Source of the DNA: Octopus sinensis | Taxonomy: Eukaryota | Direction: 5' to 3' | Length of the DNA: 64,000 nt | NCBI RefSeq assembly: GCF_006345805.1 | Contig: NC_043017.1 | Location: forward strand, 16,182,001-16,246,000 | Shown here: positions 52,292-64,000 of the stretch, piece after piece | Layout: each line of letters begins with the position of its first letter | Numbering within the stretch: the stretch's first letter is position 1 | The notes under the pieces: model-generated | Database searches by the model: none | The model's input: only the letters and a program-made list of their open reading frames with translations | What the model was told of the DNA's origin: nothing | Translations under genes and position numbers: made by a program

Positions 52292-53672
52292 GTAGAACTT
52301 AGCAAAAGTATATTTACAAGAGTATATATAAGAATATCTGCATATACCAAGTTGCGTGTGTGTTGTTTCTGCGTGTATAACGTGTGCACGTGCGTGTGTA
52401 TTTCAAACGTACCTGTATTACAAAGTCAAAGATCTTTTTGCAAACATAGAAGTCTGTTTTGTGCGTCAATATGTGGCCCCAATTATATATAAATGTATTA
52501 TATTTGTGTGTGGTTGTTTGTGGCTCCAGGTAAAAGTGTGTATATACGTTGTGTGGTGTGTGTTGTGTGTTGTGTATACATAAAAAGGAGGAGGGGGCTG
52601 GAGAGACGAGATGAACAGAAGGGGATTCGAACGAATGTTATGGTTCCCTTCTGCTGTCCTCCACCTTCGAACACCGACTGACGAGGCTCACGTAAACCGG
52701 CTGCCACGACGACGACGACGATGGTAGCAGCAGGAGCCACAGCAGCAGCAGCAGCAGCAGGAGCAGCACTTCGCTCACTACCACCACCACCACCAGCAGT
52801 AAGCACCATCATCATCATCATCATCCCCAGCACCAACAGCCTCAACAGAAGCAACACCACCGCCAGCAGCGGCGCAGACTACATCATCGCCACCACCACC
52901 ACCACCACCACTACAACCATCAGCGGCGTGTGCCGACGGAGGTGCCTGTAAGTGACCTCTCGATATGCTAGAAATAGTAACTAAATCTCCCCCACACACA
53001 CGCGCGCGGCCGACTTGCAAAAGGAAGCGTTGTGTTATATGATCGTATGTTTCAATCAACAAAGCGGGATGGTCACGGCTGGAAATATTTTTGATGTTAG
53101 GTCATACTGGATCGAGGCCACCCTGGGGCTAAACAACAATAACAACAACAAATAATAACAATAAATGGCGGTGCCCCAGCATGGCCACAGCTCGTGAGCT
53201 GAAAGTAGATGAAATAAAATAAAAAAATAACAACACGCCGCCCACACTACCACCGCCACCACCACCGCCACCACCAGCATTAGTGTCGGTGGTGGGGGGT
53301 GGAGGTTGGCTGCTGATGTTGACGGTGGTGGAGGGTGGCGGCCTGGGGTGGGGGCAACCCAACTGCTGCTGCTGCTGCTGTTGCAGTAGGTTGCTGGCGG
53401 ACTCTGTTGCTTCTGCTGCCGATAAATGGTGAGCGGGGGGAGGGGGGAGGGAGTGGCGGTGCTGATAATAGTGGTGGGAGGGATCCGGCGGGGGGGGGGG
53501 GGGGGGTAGGGAAATGGATGCAGCGGTGATTGTAGTTGTGTTGGTGGTGGTGGTGGTGGTGTCGGTAGTGGAAGTTGTGACTAAGGTGGTGGTGGCGGCG
53601 GTGGTGGCGGTGTTAAATTGAGATCTGCAAATTGTGGGGGTGCACTTAACTGTTAAACTTACAGCCACCATA

Positions 53673-53711
<39 letters not shown>

Positions 53712-53789
53712 GCACACACACACACGCACATAGTAAAACTGGTATACATAATGCTATTATATATATATATATATTATATATACAGATTA

Positions 53790-53831
<42 letters not shown>

Positions 53832-54559
53832 GCACACTCACATATGTGTATATGTGTGTATGTAAACATATATATATATAAAATTTCTCCTGTTAACCTA
53901 TTGCCTTTAATTCTAAATATATACACACATATATATATACATACATATATGCATGCATACATACTACATACAAACATATGCATATATATATATGTGTGTG
54001 TGTATAATATATATATGCATGTGTATGTATATATATATTATATATATATGTGTGTGTGTGTGTAATATATATGTGTATAATATATATGTGTGTATGTGTA
54101 TGGATATATTATGGAGATATGTTTCTGCTAATCAAATGTTTTTCTCCCAAAGATTAAAAAAATGTAATCTAATCATATTTATGGGCTGAAATATTAATTC
54201 TTGAAACATCCATAAATACAACAGCTATTTAATTACCTATTTGCTTATTTATTTAATAGAAAAATCCCAGTCTATATATAAGTGTATATTAACATCATAC
54301 TGGCTTACGTAATCACATCCCCAAAACGTTAACTATTGTTGGCAGGTGGTTCCAAGGTAGTCACTGGAAGAGGCACTAGGTTCTGTCTTGCCGATTATCA
54401 TCATCATCTTCAATATCTGCCGCAAGAACTTATCGATATCTGTTTGACACACAGCTCAGTGTAAGAACACAACTCATAATAAATTCTACTTTATAATTTT
54501 TTTATATTAGATTCATGATTAGGATGATTATCAACAAACCCTTGTAGAGCTTTCTCCAA

Positions 54560-55250
54560 TAAGGGCCAAACCCTTTAGTGGTAGGGGGCGCTTCCATATC
54601 GTGGTTCTTGTAATATCATTATCAACTCCTCGTCAACCATCTTCACTCGACGGGGCCCAAGAAACTCAACGACACCATCTACGACTTGTTCAAACCCTTC
54701 GTCATTTTCCAGTGTCACCATTTCTTGCTTGATGCACACTTTCTGCTGTTAGGAAACGTGTAAAATCGCTGACACAGTTTCGCCGTCCGTTTCTCCAAAC
54801 TCTGTTCATACCTGAAGGTTTCCACAGTTATCCAAAGGATCTGTAAACGTTGAACTTTTTCCAGAGTCTCTAACTACAGATGTATCGAAATGCTTCAAAG
54901 TTGAATTGCTTCAAAGTCTTTCTCAGTGCATATACCTTGAAGTTATCTATCACATCTTAATCCATTGGTTGTAGTAAAGAAGTTGCACTCTTTTGGGACA
55001 TATTTCACACTCCACAAGATCAAAAAGACCAATGAAGCACAAAAGGGATTTGTTGCCTCGTCTGAAAGGAGGAATGTCATGCTGGAAATATTACCCTTGA
55101 CACCGTCCGTTTCTACAGCGAAGCAAAACGAAACCTGTAAAGCAAGCATGGAACAGCTTTAGAACCAGCCAAGACTTCTTATTTGAATAAGCTCACAGAT
55201 AGGTTTAACCCAGCATAACGCTTAAAATCTCAAGGGTTTTAGGAGTCGTT
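54560..55250 (-). mobile_element. Tigger/pogo transposase relic
   Basis: Minus frames give AYSNKKSWLVLKLFHACF and ATSLLQPMD*DVIDNFKVYALRK (the DDE_1 motifs NKKAWMT and TSLLQPMDQGVI). Confidence 0.7.
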
Positions 55251-55739
55251 TACAAATGGGTGGCGGGTATTTTCCTCTCACAAGAACCTTGAAGTTTGCT
55301 GCGTATTTTTCTTCTCTAAACTAGAGGTTCTAGGAACCCCTATTTCTTCAAAAATTGCACTTTTGTCCAAGTGTTGAATTTCCTTAAAACGACAATGATT
55401 CTTCAGTTCCTTAATCAAGTTAATCTTTTCTACTAATGGCACACGGTCTGAAATTGTTTGGGAAGCGGGTGGGTAAGTCGACTTCGTCAAAGCCAGCGAT
55501 CAAATGGAACTTATTTTATCGGCCCTGAAAGGATGAAAGCAGAGTCGACCTCAGCCGAATTTGAATTCAGAACACAAAGGCAGAATAAAGGCTGCTGAGC
55601 ATTTCGCCCCTACTTACCCTTCTACCAACTCATCGCTCATTTAAAAGTTTGGATAAACCAAAGCGATTATTTAATTTTTCCGATTCACTCTTTATGTTAA
55701 AAAGATAAATGTTTGCACATCCAAAGACGCAACTTTCCG

Positions 55740-55823
<84 letters not shown>

Positions 55824-55859
55824 CACATATGTAAGTATGTATTATGCAGAGAAAAAACT

Positions 55860-57510
55860 TTTCTGAGGATGGCAAGAAAATATTTCCAGGCTCTGATAGA
55901 TTCCCCGCCAGTCTCCTGAAGGAATGTCGACACTATAGATTCCCCGCCAGTCTCCTGAAGGAATGTCGACACTAACTTGCAGTCTCTCGAACCAACATCT
56001 GGAGAAATTCCCTCGACCCAGGTTGTATACCGAAACAATTCTTATCCCAGTCTGTCATCCCGGTTTTCAAACAGGGAAACAGATCCCTCGCAATCAACTA
56101 TCATCTAATCTGCCATATCATTAAAGTGTTTGAAAGGGTGGTGAGATCAAGGATAGCTGGCTTCCTGGAGAGTCACAATCTCCTAAATTCAAACCAGCAT
56201 GGCTTTCGCTGCGGCAGGGACTGTCTAACACAGCTCTTACACCACATCGATGATATCAGGTTCGAACTCTCATGTCATATGTCTTGATTTCAGTAAAGCG
56301 TTCGACAGAGTCAACCATAATATCCTAGTCCAAATTGTCAAATGTTGGAATCCGTGGAAATCTACTACACTGGATTGAGTATTTCCTGGAGAACAGAACA
56401 CAACATGTTGTGATCGATGGAATCCACTTCAGCCCAGCAAAAGTCACCAGTAGTGTCCCTCAGGTCCCGTCTCTTTATAGTCAACATAAACGACCTTTCC
56501 AGCGTGATAAAACACAGCAAAGTGAAAATACTCGCTGATGACTCTTAAACTCCAGAAAATTATCAATGAAGAAGAAGACCGAACTGACCTCCAGTCTGAT
56601 CTCTATGCTGTGAAACAATGGGTAGACAAAAACAAAATGCAACTGAACGAGGGAAAATTTGAGCTGAAGCAATTTGGAAAAAAAAAACTATGCTAAATCA
56701 GTGATACTCTTTTCCTTCAGGGGAACCTCTCACAGCATCTAACAATACAGGAAACCTAGGAGTAACTGTTGATAACAATCTCAGTTGGAGTGCCCTAATC
56801 AACATTGAGGTCGATATAGCTCGTAGGATGGTCTCCTGGATCCTAAGAACCTTCTGGTCCAGAGAACAAGGTGTCATCATTCCTCTTTTCTCATCCTTTG
56901 TACGGCCACACCTCGAATACTGCTGCCCCCTGTGGTCTCCTAATACAAAACAAAACATTTAGAAAATTGAATCACTCCAGAGGTCATTCACTAAAAGAAT
57001 TAATGGCATGACTGATCTCGATTATTGGGACCACCTTAAAGCATTGAAACCTTATTTTCTCCAGCGCCGCCGTGAGCGAGACATCATTTGCGCGATGTGG
57101 AGAATATACCACCAGCATTGCTCAAACGACTTCAACATTAGCTTCAAAATTCATCCAAGGCTAGGACCACGGGCCATGCGTCCCCTACCCAATTCAGGAT
57201 CACACACATAAATACACTGTAACACAATTTCTTTTCCTCAACAGGCCCTGCCCTATTTAACATTGTCCCAAAACTGATCAAAGAGGAAAAGGATCCCATC
57301 ACCTTTAAACGGAATCTGGACTAATTTCTTCAAGGAATACTAGATAAGCCACCCATACCTGCATACAACCCACTCAACAAGAACTCCCTACTCGAATGGA
57401 CCATGATGCCACAAAACTTGACTTAAAAAGAATTTAGCCAATCCTATCAGGTGATGCTATTAAGTTAGACATGGCCTGGACCAATCTTTGGTCGAAACAT
57501 ATCTAAGTTA
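55860..57510 (+). mobile_element. CR1/L2-group LINE relic (RT + 3' end), 5'-truncated
   Basis: PGSDRFPASLLKEC, NQHGFRCGRDCLTQL, CLDFSKAFDRVNH, VPQ, ILADD and FVRPHLEYCCPLWSP, with many stops and frameshifts. Confidence 0.9.
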
Positions 57511-57629
57511 TTATATAAAGCGTATCAAATAGGAACTCAACGAACGAAGCAAAACATTATCAACCTCAGGGTATTATTAAAGAAATATCTCTAGCTTCAA
57601 ACTAATTAAACACACACACACACCACACA

Positions 57630-57792
57630 CGGTAGCCACTACACACATTTTTTGTCTCCTTGTTTCTTTCTGTGGAAGAGCGTAGGCTCGAAATGTAAAA
57701 TACTTTTTCAATTGCCGAGCGTTATACTAATACATCTATTTGTTTTCTACACCACCTGTCTTCGTCTTTTGTTTTTTCGTGAATTCTCCCCT
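57630..57792 (+). mobile_element. Solo PLE 3' tail with hammerhead-like motif (57665-57702)
   Basis: TCTTTCTGTGGAAGAGCGTAGGCTCGAAATGTAAAA plus CCACCTGTCTTCGTCTTTTG; same subfamily as 9855-10066. Confidence 0.75.
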
Positions 57793-57866
57793 GCCACCTC
57801 TTCTCTCTCTCTCTTCTCTCTATCTCTCTCTCTCCTCTATATATATATATATAGATATATATATAT

Positions 57867-57901
<35 letters not shown>

Positions 57902-58164
57902 GATCACGTATAATAACAGAAGATGGATAATTATCAGCTCCTTACAGCTGTTTCTTACGCATTTTTAAATAGATGAATGAGAACATTACTTCATTACAAA
58001 AAACTGTACCCTTATCAGTCATGATGCGTATATTGGGCTTCGTATATTCTACCCCCGTCTCACTTTGATAGCATCCACTGCTCTCTCAACAACAACAAAA
58101 ACAATAATAGTAATAATATAATAATAATAATAATAATAATAACAATAATCTTTCCTACTGTAAG

Positions 58165-58400
58165 CACAAGGTCTGAAATTTGGTGGGGAGGGGGATAGTC
58201 CATTACATCGACCCCAGTGCTCAACAGGTACTTAATTTATCGACCCCGAAAGGATGAAAGGCGAATTCAACCTCGACCAAATTTGAACTTTGCTTTCATC
58301 CTTTCGAGGTCGATAAAATAAGAACCAGGCGAGCAGCGGGATTGATGTAATCGATTTACCCCTCCCGCAAAATTGCTGGCCTTGTGCCAAAATTTAAAAA
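58165..58400. mobile_element. Two SINE family B cores in opposite orientation
   Basis: Minus core at 58165-58275 and plus core at 58285-58400. Confidence 0.7.
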
Positions 58401-59542
58401 CTATTAGTATGTGTGTATGCACATACCCATATACACTTATATATACGTACGTACGTACATACATACATACATACATACATACATACATACATACATACAT
58501 ACATACATACATACATACATGCATACATAATCATATGTACGATGGGATCTGCTTATTGTTATCAGTCCGTGATAAGAAACTTCAGATAACAATAACTATT
58601 TATATTTTAATAGGAATTTCTATTCACCTTTACGTATTTACCAATATAGTCATCCTTTATTCCTCCATCTACCCCTATCCTATGTTCCACCCCAGTCATG
58701 TACATCACCCAATCATACAAACAACCCTTAATTTTCCTTATATTTTTCGAAACCCTTTATTGCCTCTTCTTCTTCTTCTTCTTCTTCTTCTTCTTCTTCT
58801 TCTTCTTCTTCTTCTTCTTCTTCTTCTTCTTCTTCTTCTTCTTCTTCTTCTCCTCCTCCTCTGCCTCCTCCTTTTTCTTCTTCTTCTTGTTAAATTCTTA
58901 AGTACTTAATCATAAATTCTTATTATCCAATGTTAATTATAAACTTTGAGATTAATCACCAAAAGTTTAGACTCATCTCCCATTTCTCGAAAATCCAGTC
59001 TATAGAAACAGATATAGATTGATAAATATATATATGGGGATATATATAGATTGATGCATATACATACATACTCACACACATATCGAGAGAAAAAGACAGA
59101 GACTGATATGTATGTATGTTTGTATGTATGTATGTAGGTAGGTATGTATGTATGTAGGTAGGTAGGTAGGTAGGTAGGTAAGTAGGTAGGTAGGTAGGTA
59201 TGGAGGGAGGGAGGGAGGGCATCAGGCAGGCAAACAGGCAAGTATGAACATATGTATTCAGTTATGGGTGGGTGATAGAGGGAGGTATGAATATATTTTA
59301 TAATCTTTAATCCATTGTACGGAATCTGTAAATATGTATACATTGATGATATCTGCGCATGGAAATTATGCAAAGACAGTAAAATGGACAATATAAGACG
59401 AAGAAGGTTTGGCAAAATAGTTATTAACTTTAGTGGTAAAAGAAAATGACTCAACGTTTCGGACGTCAGTCTCTCATCAAAAGAAAGCAGAGGAGGTGAG
59501 AAAAAGAAATAGTCAGTGAGAAATAATGGACATATATATATG

Positions 59543-59577
<35 letters not shown>

Positions 59578-59750
59578 TGTGGTGATGGTGATGGTGAAGG
59601 GGGTTTTTGTGATATTTTTGCAGTTTTAATAATAAAGTAAATATGTATGTATGTATGTATCTATCTATCTATATATATATATTATATATATATATATACA
59701 TACATAAATATAATATAATACGTACATACATACATAATAACATACATACA

Positions 59751-59786
<36 letters not shown>

Positions 59787-59793
59787 TATATAT

Positions 59794-62497
59794 GTGGCGC
59801 GCGGACCTCTATAGGGCCGAGGCTTTCCGCCAACTCAATGACACCTCCTTCTATTCCCTCTGCCCTCTAACCCCACACGTAGCTACAACAGACGGCATCC
59901 TCTACTGTCAAGACCTCATCTCGTCCTCCCGTCTCCCCCGCACCGCATCCAACCTAATTGTGCGAACCCTACGTACCCCCACCATTTACTTCCTCCCCAA
60001 AATCCACAAACCAAACAACCCTGGCCGCCCCATCGTCTCCGCCTGTAACTGCCCCACGGAGCTCATCTCTAAATACCTCGACCGTGTCCTTCCCCCCTAG
60101 TGGCATCTCTTCCCTCCACATCCACGATACCAACCATGCTCTCCGGCTTTCAACTCTTTCTCCTTTCCTCCCGGCTCCTCCAAAATCCTTTTTACTATGG
60201 ACATCCAAAGCCTCTATACTGTTATCCCTCACCACGAAGGACTGCAGGCCTTCGACACTTTCTTGACCTCCGCTCTAACCCTGTACCTGACACCTCCACA
60301 CTCATTCGTCTGGCCGAACTTGTCCTTACTCTGAACTGCTTCTCGTTCGCGGGCGAGTTCTACCATCAGGTCTCGGGAGTGGCCATGGGAACGCGAATGG
60401 GGCCCCAACTATGCGAACCTGTTCGTTGGCTATGTTGAGGCCCAAATATTCTCTAATTTCACTGGTCCCACTCCTGAACTATATGGTCGTTTATATTGAC
60501 GACATTATCGGTGCCACCTCACTCTCCCGCGAACATCTAGATTCCTTCCTCTCTTTCGTCCAATCTTTCCATCCAGCCCTCACTTCACTTCCACTATCTC
60601 CAACACCTCTGTCTCCTTCCTCGACATTTCGGTTAGCATTCTTCACTCCACTCTACCACCTCCATTCACTACAAACACACAGACTCACACTCATACCTCA
60701 ACTTCTTCTCTTCCCCCACCCAGAACACACCAAGCTTTCCATCCCCTATTCCAATTCCTCCGTGTACGTAGGCTCTGTAGTGACGACCATGACTTTGAGA
60801 CTCAGTCTCAACGTATGGCTCACCACTTCACCCTACGTGGATACCCCCTCACCACTATCCACACCGCCCTTGCCAGAGCACGGTCCGTGGACCGTGTATC
60901 TGCTCTCTCTCCCCGAACCCGCCCTGTAGTCTCCCGCCTCCCTTTTCCCCTCACTTACCACCCCACGACCCTACGTCTCCAACGCACCATTCTTCGAGCT
61001 TTCCGTCATCTCCAGTCCGACCCGTCCACTTCACACCTCTTCCCTAACCGACCCCTCCCCTCTTTCAAACGAGCCCACAACCTTCGAGACCTTTTGGTCC
61101 ATAGCTCCTTCCCTGACCCTACCTCCCAACCCGGCTCGTTCCCCTGCTCCCGCCCACGTTGCCCGCACTTGCCCTTACCTCTCCAACACCACCCGCCTCA
61201 CTAGCACCCACCATCGACCCTATCCATCATCCACTCCTCACACTGCACCTCCAGCAATATTATCTATTGCATCTCTTGCTCTCTCTGCAATTCCTTGTAC
61301 ATCGGACAAACGGGACGCCGCTTGGCTGACCGGTTCGCGGAACACCTTCGTGACATCCACCTTGCGAACGACACACCGGTCTCACGCCATTTCCGCTCCA
61401 CCGGTCACTCCTTGCAACACCTATCTGTGTTCGGTTTGTCCTTACACAGAGGCCATCCGGATTCCCGTTTGCGCCGTGAACAGGAATTAATCTTCTCTCT
61501 TCGCTCTTATACGCCATTTGGTCTCAACTCTCCCCCCCTCTCCCCCCACACCTCTAACCACCCTCTCCCCCCTCCTCACCTACTTTCTCCCCCCGACCCC
61601 TACTTCTTCAGTCCTTCATCCTTTCACCCCTAACTCCCCTTCCCTACTTCCCTCTTTCTCCCTCCCTCTTCCCCTTCCCTCTGCTCCCTCACTCCCTCTC
61701 TCCCCTTCTCTTCCCCCTCTCCTCTTTTCCTCCTTCATTCCCCCTCCCCTTCCTTCTCCCTCCTCTCCTCTTCCCCTTTCTCTCCCCCTCTTCTCCCCCC
61801 TCCCCTCTTCTCCTCACTACACCACATGACTTTACACATAACATCACATATGATGTGCCATACTATACACACACCAACTAATACATATAATACGTACTAA
61901 TACATACTAGTACATACTAATACTTACACCAACCCTATACATACACACGTCCAGACCCCGCATACGCACTTATACTCTCTCTCACACACACACACACACC
62001 TATACATACCAATACGTACTAATACATACTAATACATACTAATACATACACCAACCCCATACATACGCACGTCCAGACCAATCCACGCACTAATACTCTC
62101 TCATACACACACACACACACACACACCCTTATACATACTAATACATACACCAACCCTATACATACACACATCCAGACCCCTCCCACGCACTATTAGCTGG
62201 TCCTCAACCCCTTTATCAACCCTATTATCTCCCCTTATTTCGCTCTCGCGTCTCATGTTTGATCTTTGACCTCTGGCCGAATCAGATCGCCATGTTGATT
62301 CGTTAGCTACTGCACGCATTTTTTTCTCTCCTTCTTTCTGTGTTTTTCTCTCTCTGTGTATCTTTCTGTTGAAGAGCGTAGGCTCGAAACGTTAAAGACT
62401 TGTTTTATTTATATTTCCTGAGCGCCATACTAACACAATTGTTCGTTTGTTTTCCACCTGCCTTCGTCTTTTGTTTATTTTCATAAAGCTTCCCGTT
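59794..62497 (+). mobile_element. Penelope-like retroelement, copy 2 (RT + zinc-knuckle linker + GIY-YIG + tail), 5'-truncated and frameshifted
   Basis: YFLPKIHK..PGRPIVS, MDIQSLYT.IP, GVAMGTRMGP, YIDDI, FLDI, YKxTD, CSRPRC, IIYCISCSLCNSLYIGQT, REQELIF..GLN. Flanked by (TA)n. Confidence 0.95.
62361..62398 (+). ncRNA. Minimal hammerhead-ribozyme-like motif in PLE tail
   Basis: UCUUU-CUGUUGA-A-GAGC-GUAG-GCUC-GAA-ACGU-U-AAAGA. Confidence 0.7.
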
Positions 62498-62781
62498 ATA
62501 TATATATATATATAATGTTTTCACTCATCCTTTTTACACCTCTGTCTACAGACCCCGTCTTTTTGTACTTTTCTCATTCTGGTCCCCATCTTCAATTATT
62601 TATATCCAAGCAGCGTTTTACTGTTGACGCCACCAAATTGAACGGTATTATCGATAAGGCGTCGAAATTGTGATGATATTTGGTGGACAACTGATGATGT
62701 ACGTCGTTTGCATGTTTTACTGTTTTCTGTACGTTCCTCGTCGTCTTCCCGTGCCACATTTTACTGTATATATATATATTG

Positions 62782-62854
<73 letters not shown>

Positions 62855-64000
62855 TATATACATGTACGGTGTGTGTGTGGTGTGTATCATTTACTTTATT
62901 TATTAAGTAATTCAACAGACCCAATTTCCATCCACTGACTGTTCTCAAATAAATTTCTACTTTTCCTCTTTCTCCTTAGTTTAAACGAATACACACACAA
63001 ACACACGCACATACACACGCACATATACACACCCGTACATGCATACACATGCACACACACACATACACACACATTCGAATATGTATATACATGCATTCGC
63101 GCCCCCACACGTGTGTGCGTGCGTGTTTGTGTACAGACACACTCATATATATCTGTGTGCGTGCGCGCGTTTGGCCTGTGTGTATACAGAAAGATACACA
63201 TAATCATGTGTGTGTGTATGTTTGTGTGTGTGTGTGTGTGTGTGATTGCTGTTTATATACACGTGTGTGTTGTTTGTATAGATTATATATTATATGTTTT
63301 GGTATTTTATAACTTCAATGACTTGTTCCTTTCCTGAGTAAAATTAGTAAGAAACGGTTAAAGAAAAGTCTACGATGTGAGACAATTCTACCCCTATACC
63401 CCTCCGTCTCGACACGGATATTCCTCAATTTTTCCGCCGTTTTATCATCAAAATACCCGGAATTGAGCAGAACCCAACCCCAACGAGTTCTTCATTTAAA
63501 CTCCAAAATATATTTACCCTGAAAGAATCGGTTGAAAGGAAACCTCACAACCAAGGGTGGGACCGACTCTGATTCTATCCCACGCACACTTGAATACCAA
63601 CTTTCTTCGGAGACTCAAGATGCTGAAATACGCAGAACGGATGCACATCCGATACCCACACTAGAAGTAAATTACATCAGCTTCCCATCTGACTCGATCA
63701 GAAACTAAATATTACAGCAAAATATTTAACGATTTAACATCTTTGCAGGGATGAGTTACTGAAACTGTGAAACTACACTTGCCGTTCAATGGGCATAAAC
63801 AGTGATTCTCAACTGAAACCCATAAGGCCCTTCAGGGTCCTTATACGATTTTGTTGCATGCAATGCACTGGCTGTAGTTCTACAATACACAAAATATTCT
63901 ACCGACGTTTTTATACAATTCCTAATAATATTTAATCCTAAATGGTGGTGGAGGTGGTGGTGGTGTGTTCAGAGATTCATAACACAATAAGGTGTGGTAA

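Overview
This is AT-rich, microsatellite-saturated animal genomic DNA. The SINE and repeat content suggests an octopod cephalopod (inference, not searched). There is one solid protein-coding gene: an uninterrupted 5.5-kb minus-strand ORF (28377-33887, 1836 aa). It encodes a RING/B-box/B-box/coiled-coil (TRIM) head and a ~1500-aa disordered tail carrying about 25 TQT-like (LC8-type) motifs and two SxIP-type motifs. The window is bracketed by two near-identical, 5'-truncated, oppositely oriented Penelope-like retroelements (PLEs; RT + GIY-YIG). Their tails carry a minimal hammerhead-ribozyme fold with a non-canonical core, and two solo tails of a sister subfamily carry the same fold. The rest is a TE graveyard: several tRNA-derived SINE families, RTE, CR1-type and Hero/RLE-type LINE relics, mariner and Tigger/pogo relics and MITEs, and a 3-kb long-TIR element holding a second PLE family. 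There are also three unexplained periodic arrays: a 12-mer with unique spacers, and 15-bp and 19-bp degenerate minisatellites. Most short ORFs in the track are microsatellite translations. Coordinates of TE relics are approximate, and family assignments rest on motifs read by eye.
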